NCBI GenBank assembly: GCA_022842585.1
Contig: JALHPI010000001.1
Location: forward strand, 2,298-66,297
Origin: Minisyncoccota bacterium
GTDB taxonomy: Bacteria; Patescibacteriota; Minisyncoccia; Phycocordibacterales; Phycocordibacteraceae
Direction: 5' to 3'
DNA: 64,000 nucleotides
Under the pieces are notes generated by a model. The model saw only the letters and a program-made list of their open reading frames with translations, ran no database searches and had not been told where the DNA came from. This document shows, one piece after another, positions 58,041 to 64,000 of this stretch. The position numbers and the translations under genes are program-made. The first letter of the stretch is position 1. Each line of letters starts with the position of its first letter.

Positions 58041-58945
58041 ACTATCCCGTATTCTTTTTTAAGCTCTGCTATACCGTCTTCAAGGGTAATTTCCGGAGAC
58101 CATCCCAAGAGCTCTTTTGCTTTCGCGTTGCTGCCATACGTATCCTGCACGTCGCCGGGACGAGACGGCAAATATTCCTTCTCGCCGCCAATAAGGTCTG
58201 CAAGCGCGTTCACCGACACGTTTCGTCCGGCCGCCACATTCAACACCTCTCCCTTCCCTACCGCAGGCGACTCGGACGCAAGGAGACAGGCGCGTACCAC
58301 GTCGCGCACGTTTGTGAAGTCGCGGGTATGCGAGCCGTCTCCCGTGATAGGAAGCGGCTTCCCTGCCGCGCGACATGAGAGGAACTTTGGGATGGCGAGT
58401 GCATACGCGCCGTCCGGGCGCATGTTCGAACCGTATACCGTGAAAAACCGAAGTGAAACCGTCGAAAGACCGTACAGTTCCGAAAACAACCGCGCAAGCT
58501 CTTCGCCAGCGTACTTCTGAAACGCATAGAGCGACTTCGGCGCAGGACGCATCGTCTCCACAAACGGCATGCTCGCCTGTTCGCCATATGCTGACGAAGA
58601 GGCGCCGTACACGACACGTCCTACTTTTGCGTCGCGTGCCGCCAAAAGCATCGACATGGTGCCGTCTATGTTTGCTCGGTGCGACTCCGCGGGATAGTCG
58701 TACGAATAGGTGACGCGCGGAAGTGCGGCAAGATGAAATACGACCGCGGCACCTTCGAACACTGATCGGAGTTTATCGGTCTCGAGTATATCGAACTCAT
58801 GGAAGACGGCGCCTTCCGGCACGTCTTCTTTGTGTCCGGCCGCAAGATTGTCCACCACGTGCGTCTCGTATCCCTGCGCAACAAGCGCCGCAGCGATATG
58901 CGAACCGATGAATCCCGCACCTCCGGTGACGACTGCTTTTTTCAT
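58037..58945 (-). CDS. NAD-dependent nucleotide-sugar epimerase/dehydratase
   Basis: TGGAGFIGSH, YAFQK, GDGSHTRDFT.V.D. Confidence 0.9.
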   Translation of the reverse strand: MKKAVVTGGAGFIGSHIAAALVAQGYETHVVDNLAAGHKEDVPEGAVFHEFDILETDKLRSVFEGAAVVFHLAALPRVTYSYDYPAESHRANIDGTMSMLLAARDAKVGRVVYGASSSAYGEQASMPFVETMRPAPKSLYAFQKYAGEELARLFSELYGLSTVSLRFFTVYGSNMRPDGAYALAIPKFLSCRAAGKPLPITGDGSHTRDFTNVRDVVRACLLASESPAVGKGEVLNVAAGRNVSVNALADLIGGEKEYLPSRPGDVQDTYGSNAKAKELLGWSPEITLEDGIAELKKEYGIV

Positions 58946-58946
58946 A

Positions 58947-60017
58947 TTAGTCTTTGTGGCGACGGAACTTCTCCGGAACTTCCGATTCGTAGAGACCGTT
59001 TGTATAATAGAACGCGTCGAAACTTGAAGCGGAGTAGTTGAATCCCAAGAGACGCGTCGCTTTTGAACCATCTACGTTGATAGGATAGGAATATCCTTTC
59101 CAGCTTCCCTGCGCCGTCGGAATCTTCCCGCGTGACAAGTGCCAGGCAAAGTAGAACCCGACGCGCAGGAATTGTGGGGACACATGCCAGAGGCGCTTCC
59201 CTACTGCCTTTGCCATATCTTCCCCGTATACCGCCTTCCCCGGAGGAGCGATGTTGAACGCTTCGTATTTGACCGGCACTTCGTCAAACGCGAGCCGGAG
59301 CGTGACTGCGACGATATCGTCTTCGTGCACGAACTGGCGAAGCCATTTGGGCGTCACCGGCACCCAGGACACCAGGAGCGAAACGAGATTATAGAAGAAA
59401 GATTTTTCACTCTTGAGCGTTCCGGACAATGCTGCCTGGAGTCCGAAGCGAATACGCATGAAGCGGCCGCGTGGACCGGTAATCGCCGCAGGACGGATGA
59501 TGGCGACCGTCGCCGCGTTCGTACGCTTTTTGTACGCCGCTTCGAGCCGTTCTTCGGCCACACGCTTTTCTTCAGCATACAGATAGTCAGTCACGCGGAA
59601 TGGTTCGCTCTCCACATACCGATGCTCGGTCGTGTTTTCAGGAAATGCTCCGTAGGAAGCGACGGTGGAGTAATGAATGAGCCGCTTCACCTGACGCTCG
59701 TTCAGTGCGAAATTAAACACCTTTTCAGAACCATCGATGTTCCATTTCCATGAGAGCGGTCGGTTGCCGTAGATTTCGCGTATCTGCCATGCGGTATGAA
59801 TGACGATATCCGGAGAATACTTCCGCACTTCTTCTTCCCACTCATCCGCCGTATTTATGTGGAGATACGTCAGATTCGGCACATCCTTTATGAAATCCGG
59901 AAGGGGTTCCTTATCGAGTCCGATGATGCGCTCCACGTCGTCCCGTTTCGCGATAGCGCGCACGAGCATGCCCCCCACGTATCCCGCTGCCCCTGTTATG
60001 AGTACCGTGTGCGCCAT
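58947..60017 (-). CDS. NAD-dependent epimerase/dehydratase family
   Basis: TGAAGYVG, STVASYGA, YAEEK, QFVHEDD. Confidence 0.85.
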   Translation of the reverse strand: MAHTVLITGAAGYVGGMLVRAIAKRDDVERIIGLDKEPLPDFIKDVPNLTYLHINTADEWEEEVRKYSPDIVIHTAWQIREIYGNRPLSWKWNIDGSEKVFNFALNERQVKRLIHYSTVASYGAFPENTTEHRYVESEPFRVTDYLYAEEKRVAEERLEAAYKKRTNAATVAIIRPAAITGPRGRFMRIRFGLQAALSGTLKSEKSFFYNLVSLLVSWVPVTPKWLRQFVHEDDIVAVTLRLAFDEVPVKYEAFNIAPPGKAVYGEDMAKAVGKRLWHVSPQFLRVGFYFAWHLSRGKIPTAQGSWKGYSYPINVDGSKATRLLGFNYSASSFDAFYYTNGLYESEVPEKFRRHKD

Positions 60018-60037
60018 AGTCTCCTTAGAATACGCTA

Positions 60038-61408
60038 CTACCCCGCAACACGGAATAACATGCGCTTTACGGTCTTAAGCGCAATGACGATATCAAGCGC
60101 GAGCGAGCGATTCTTGATGTAGTAAAAATCGTACGCAAGCCGCACCTTAGTCTCCTCAATAGACTGGGGACTTATATGCCCCGGCTCATACTTCTGATTT
60201 ATCTGGGCCCAGCCGGTAATTCCTGGCTTCACGATGTAGCGCATGTTGTAGTACGGAATTGCTTCGCCGAGCCGCTTCCCCAACCCTTCGACATCATTTC
60301 GCGGACCCACAAGAGACAGCTCTCCTTTGAGGACGTTTATGAATTGCGGGAATTCATCAAGAGACGTAAGGCGCAAGAAACTTCCGACCTTCGTGACTGG
60401 ATTGTCTTTCTTTTCCTCGATCGTCCATTCGCTTGAAGCGGCCTTATTCTGGCGCATGCTGCGAAACTTGTACGCGCGTATGCGCGTGCCGTACTGACCA
60501 ATGCGCTCCTGCGTAATGAATACTGGTCCTGGCCCCTCAAGACGCATGAGGAACCACAGTATCGGGGTGACCACTACCGTAATGAACCCCATGACAAGAC
60601 CGCCGACTATATCTATCATCCGCTTTGCGGCAAGGTAAAAACTCTCGTCAGTCCCGGAGAGATTCTTCAAAAACCAATCGTATTCTAGAAGCGAGAGCGG
60701 TACGCGATCGAATACTTCTTCATAGACTTCATGAAAATCAAGGACGGCATAGCCGGGACGAACGAACGCAAGCTCGTAGAGGTTTGGCAACAGCGGACGT
60801 ATCGTATCGCGTTCGGCGTCAATAACGAGGAGCGCCACCCGCTCATCCTTCAACCTTCTCGAAAACGCGTCGAAATCCGCTTTCATTTCTTCTGCTGAAG
60901 CGGTCAACACAAACGAGAGGTGGTAGTGAGGATTCCCATTCACTTCCGCAGCCAGTTCATGCATTTCAGCTCCTGACCCGATGAGTGCAGCTCGCTCACG
61001 GGCAAGAGGACGGGTAATGCGTGGGAAGAATGCGAGACGCCACATCAGTATGAGCGCGAGCGAGACGACGAGATAGAGGAGCAAGTTTGTCTTTGGCGCG
61101 ATGCCAATGTTGGGTAGGAAGAAAAAGAAGAGTGCGGCAAGAATAATGTTCGCGATTTGGGTGCGTAAAATGATGCCGAACAATGCGGATTTGAAAAGGA
61201 CGACGCGCTTGCTGTAGAGACCGGCCATATAGAAAACCAGAATCCAGAGCACGAACAAGAGACTGAAGGATACAAGGTGGTCACCAAGTAGCTCTTTGGT
61301 CGGAAGGGTCCCGTAGCGGATAAGGAGCGTAATCCACAGGGAGGCGAAGAATATGACAATATCCCCTAGAAAGAGAAGAGTGGCACTATGTCGTCCGCTG
61401 GAGGTCAT
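60038..61408 (-). CDS. Undecaprenyl-phosphate sugar phosphotransferase (priming, WcaJ/WbaP family)
   Basis: KRMIDI, KFRSM, DEFPQFINVLKGELSLVGPR, KPGITGWAQI, YDFYYIKN. Confidence 0.92.
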   Translation of the reverse strand: MTSSGRHSATLLFLGDIVIFFASLWITLLIRYGTLPTKELLGDHLVSFSLLFVLWILVFYMAGLYSKRVVLFKSALFGIILRTQIANIILAALFFFFLPNIGIAPKTNLLLYLVVSLALILMWRLAFFPRITRPLARERAALIGSGAEMHELAAEVNGNPHYHLSFVLTASAEEMKADFDAFSRRLKDERVALLVIDAERDTIRPLLPNLYELAFVRPGYAVLDFHEVYEEVFDRVPLSLLEYDWFLKNLSGTDESFYLAAKRMIDIVGGLVMGFITVVVTPILWFLMRLEGPGPVFITQERIGQYGTRIRAYKFRSMRQNKAASSEWTIEEKKDNPVTKVGSFLRLTSLDEFPQFINVLKGELSLVGPRNDVEGLGKRLGEAIPYYNMRYIVKPGITGWAQINQKYEPGHISPQSIEETKVRLAYDFYYIKNRSLALDIVIALKTVKRMLFRVAG

Positions 61409-61454
61409 GGAGGAGTGGGTCAAAGATGTTATATCATAGGAAAGATAGATTTTC

Positions 61455-62618
61455 ATGACTGAGCCTTTAAACGCGCACCCTATGCGCAGCGACCCCCTTT
61501 CTCCCCGCCTTCCTAAGCGGATTCTTTTCGTCATAACCAAAGCAGTGTGGGGTGGCGCACAACGCTACGTATATGACCTCGCTACCTCTGCGAAAGAGAA
61601 GGGATATGAGGTGGCGGTCGCCTACGGCACCGAAGGACTCTTGCGCACCAAGCTTGAGGAAGCAGGCATTCGCACCATCCCGCTACCTACCCTTACCCGA
61701 GACATACAGCCAAGAGCGGAATGGGAATCATTCAAGCTCGTGCGCGCACTTATTAAGGAGGAGCGTCCGGACATAATTCATGTGAACAGCTCAAAAGCGG
61801 GTCTCGCCTTGCTTGCCGCCAGGCTTGAACGTGTTCCTCGCATCATCTTTACCGCCCACGGGTGGGCCTTTAATGAGAAGCGTCCGTGGTGGCAGAAGCT
61901 TATCCTCCATGCTGTCTATGCAGTGACCGTTCACCTCGCACACCTCACCATCTGCGTCTCGGATGCCATACGTCGTGATATCGGCTGGCTCCCCTTCGGA
62001 CGGCTCGTCACGGTAAAGCACGGAATTGATACGCCGAAGTTTATGGAAAAAGACGAGGCACGCAAACAACTGCACCTTGGAACAACCGAGGGCATGTGGC
62101 TCGGTATGATAGCGGAGCTACACCCAACGAAACGGGTGCAAGACGCCATTGATGCGGTGGCGGAACTATCCGCAACCCATCCAGAACTCCATCTCGTAGT
62201 TATGGGTGGCGGCGAATTGAAAGAATGGCTTCAGGAGCGCGTACGCCACTACAAACTTGAGGACCGCATCCACCTACCGGGCTTCGTCATAGACGCTCCG
62301 GAATACCTGAAAGCCTTCGACTACTTCCTGATGTTAAGCCGCACTGAAGCACTCGGGCTCGCATTAATTGAGGCGGGGTATGCGGGACTTCCGGTACTGG
62401 CAACGCGCGCAGGAGGTATCCCGGAAATCGTACGCCACAAGAAGTCCGGTGTCCTCGTTCCTGCAGAAAACCCGCACGCGCTCTCCCGCGCACTTCGCAT
62501 CCTGCTTGAAAATCCTGAACTAGCCAAACAATACGCGACCGAACTTGAAACCCAAACCCGCGCCAAGTTCTCTAAGGAACGTATGCTCCAAGAAACCTTT
62601 TCCATCTACGAGGCATAA
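61455..62618 (+). CDS. Glycosyltransferase family 4
   Basis: WGGAQRYV, SSKAG, FTAHGWAF, EALGLALIEA, GGIPEIV. Confidence 0.92.
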   Translation: MTEPLNAHPMRSDPLSPRLPKRILFVITKAVWGGAQRYVYDLATSAKEKGYEVAVAYGTEGLLRTKLEEAGIRTIPLPTLTRDIQPRAEWESFKLVRALIKEERPDIIHVNSSKAGLALLAARLERVPRIIFTAHGWAFNEKRPWWQKLILHAVYAVTVHLAHLTICVSDAIRRDIGWLPFGRLVTVKHGIDTPKFMEKDEARKQLHLGTTEGMWLGMIAELHPTKRVQDAIDAVAELSATHPELHLVVMGGGELKEWLQERVRHYKLEDRIHLPGFVIDAPEYLKAFDYFLMLSRTEALGLALIEAGYAGLPVLATRAGGIPEIVRHKKSGVLVPAENPHALSRALRILLENPELAKQYATELETQTRAKFSKERMLQETFSIYEA

Positions 62619-62642
62619 TCACCACTACCACACACGGAGTGA

Positions 62643-62740
62643 GGGTATCCGAAAGAAAAGGCTCTGCGCAGGTCGTGCGGCCGAGGAGGTGCGAAAATTT
62701 TCCAGCAGGAAAATATTCCGTACTTTTCTTTCGGATACCC
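62643..62740. mobile_element. 98-bp MITE/REP-like element with perfect 18-bp terminal inverted repeats
   Basis: gggtatccgaaagaaaag ... cttttctttcggataccc; internal attttcc-agca-ggaaaat hairpin. Confidence 0.65.
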
Positions 62741-62749
62741 GAACGGAAT

Positions 62750-63886
62750 TTATCCTTCGTACTCCTGCCCCGCCATCTCTCTCGGGGCACTCCTCCCATG
62801 GCGCGCAAGCGACGCCACGATGCCGAGCGCCGCGAATTCCATCACGATGTGCGACCCGCCGTAGCTCATGAACGGTATCGTCGTGCCGGTCACCGGCAAT
62901 AAACCGAGATTGATGCCGGCATGGATAAATACGTGCGCCAAGAAGAGGAGCATGATGCCAATAGTGAAAAACGCGTCGAAATTCGTCGCGGCCCGGCGTG
63001 CGATAGAAAGGAGATTAAACAAGAGAAGCCCGTACAACAGAAGTACGAGTGATACGCCGACGAATCCCCACTCTTCGGCGAACGCAGCGAATATAAAGTC
63101 GGTTTCGTATTCCGGCAGGAATCTGAGCTTCGATTGCGTACCGTAGCCTATTCCCTTTCCAAACAATTCCCCTGAGCCTGCGGCGACCACCGCTTGGTAC
63201 GCGTTGTAGCCTGCACCACGGATATCCGCAGCGGGATTGAGGAACGCGACTATGCGTGTGCGCTGGTAGTCATGGAGCCCAAAGAACCATAGGCCTGCGG
63301 CCGCGATGGCGCCCAGCACGAATACGATTGCCAGATGCTTTTTTGAAATACCGGACACCAGTACCATCCCGAACCACACGCCCGCCAATATCGCAGCGGT
63401 ACCCAAGTCCGGCTGTATGAGAATAAGACCAATGATGATAGCCGCGTAGATACCTGAAAGAATGAGATGGCGTATCTGTTGCATTTCCACGTGTCTGCGC
63501 GAAAAGTATTTTGCAAGGAATGCGATGAGCACAAGCTTGGCGAGGTCGGCCGGTTGGAATGAAAATGCGCCAAACGAGAACCACGCCTTTGCTCCTTGTA
63601 CCGGGTGTGCAAAAAGCAATAGGAGTACGAGGAGTCCGAGCGCAAGTGCGTACCCAGCCACAATGACCGTGGTACGCCGGATGATATGCATGTCCGAGAG
63701 CACGCACCCGATAAATACCGCGACACCCACCCCTATCCAGATAAGCTGTCTTGGGGCAAGCGACGATTCTCCGCCAAACGGATGCATAGTAAGGACGCCA
63801 AGGAATGCAAGCGCAAGCGCCGGCAAAAGAAGTGGCCAGGAGTTAAACAGTGCTTTTACTGCGTCTGCCCGCACAAGCCCACTCAT
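62750..63886 (-). CDS. rodA: Rod shape-determining protein RodA (SEDS family)
   Basis: GAKAWF, FQP.DLAK, QPDLGT, GYN..Q, LPE.ETDFIF, EEWGF, PVTG.TIPFMSYGGS. Confidence 0.93.
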   Translation of the reverse strand: MSGLVRADAVKALFNSWPLLLPALALAFLGVLTMHPFGGESSLAPRQLIWIGVGVAVFIGCVLSDMHIIRRTTVIVAGYALALGLLVLLLLFAHPVQGAKAWFSFGAFSFQPADLAKLVLIAFLAKYFSRRHVEMQQIRHLILSGIYAAIIIGLILIQPDLGTAAILAGVWFGMVLVSGISKKHLAIVFVLGAIAAAGLWFFGLHDYQRTRIVAFLNPAADIRGAGYNAYQAVVAAGSGELFGKGIGYGTQSKLRFLPEYETDFIFAAFAEEWGFVGVSLVLLLYGLLLFNLLSIARRAATNFDAFFTIGIMLLFLAHVFIHAGINLGLLPVTGTTIPFMSYGGSHIVMEFAALGIVASLARHGRSAPREMAGQEYEG

Positions 63887-64000
63887 GGAATGGGAAGAAC
63901 GATAATCGGACGCACATCAATGCGAGATACCGCGTCCGTAAACGGTGCGTTCCAAGTGAACACCGCTTCTGCTGAAGCTTGCGGTGCAAGCTCGGCGACT
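63883..64000 (-). CDS. 3' end of a hypothetical protein entering from the right edge
   Basis: ...VAELAPQASAEAVFTWNAPFTDAVSRIDVRPIIVLPIP*; the TGA overlaps the rodA ATG (ATGA). Confidence 0.6.
   Translation of the reverse strand, partial: VAELAPQASAEAVFTWNAPFTDAVSRIDVRPIIVLPIP

Overview
A 64-kb chromosomal segment of a Candidate Phyla Radiation bacterium. The assignment to Patescibacteria (Parcubacteria-like) is inferred from the 16S variant GTGCCAGCAGGAGCGG, the 16S not being followed by a 23S, the archaeal-type PyrH and the overall gene content. It carries housekeeping genes (gatB, obgE, secA, murB/C/D/I, rsmI, pyrH, secD/F, folD, rodA), a 16S rRNA gene and tRNA-Ile(GAT). It also carries a ~32-kb surface-glycan locus (about 8.9-40.7 kb) with many glycosyltransferases, an FnlABC-like module and an antibiotic-type 2,6-dideoxy-3-C-methyl sugar pathway. 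The most striking observation concerns translation initiation. The 16S gene reads GGAACA after helix 45, but the anti-Shine-Dalgarno CACCTCCTT lies 184 nt further downstream, beyond a structured insert that pairs with the 5' leader. Many operon-leading genes look leaderless (a -10 hexamer 6-9 nt before ATG). Strong SD motifs are concentrated in small self-contained promoter-ORF-terminator cassettes. Other features are MITE-like elements, a 36-bp perfect palindrome inserted in frame in a glycosyltransferase, decayed tandem tRNA-Ile copies, two tandem membrane-anchored HTH proteins and two unannotated peptides. All calls come from reading the sequence and from motif recognition; no database searches were run.
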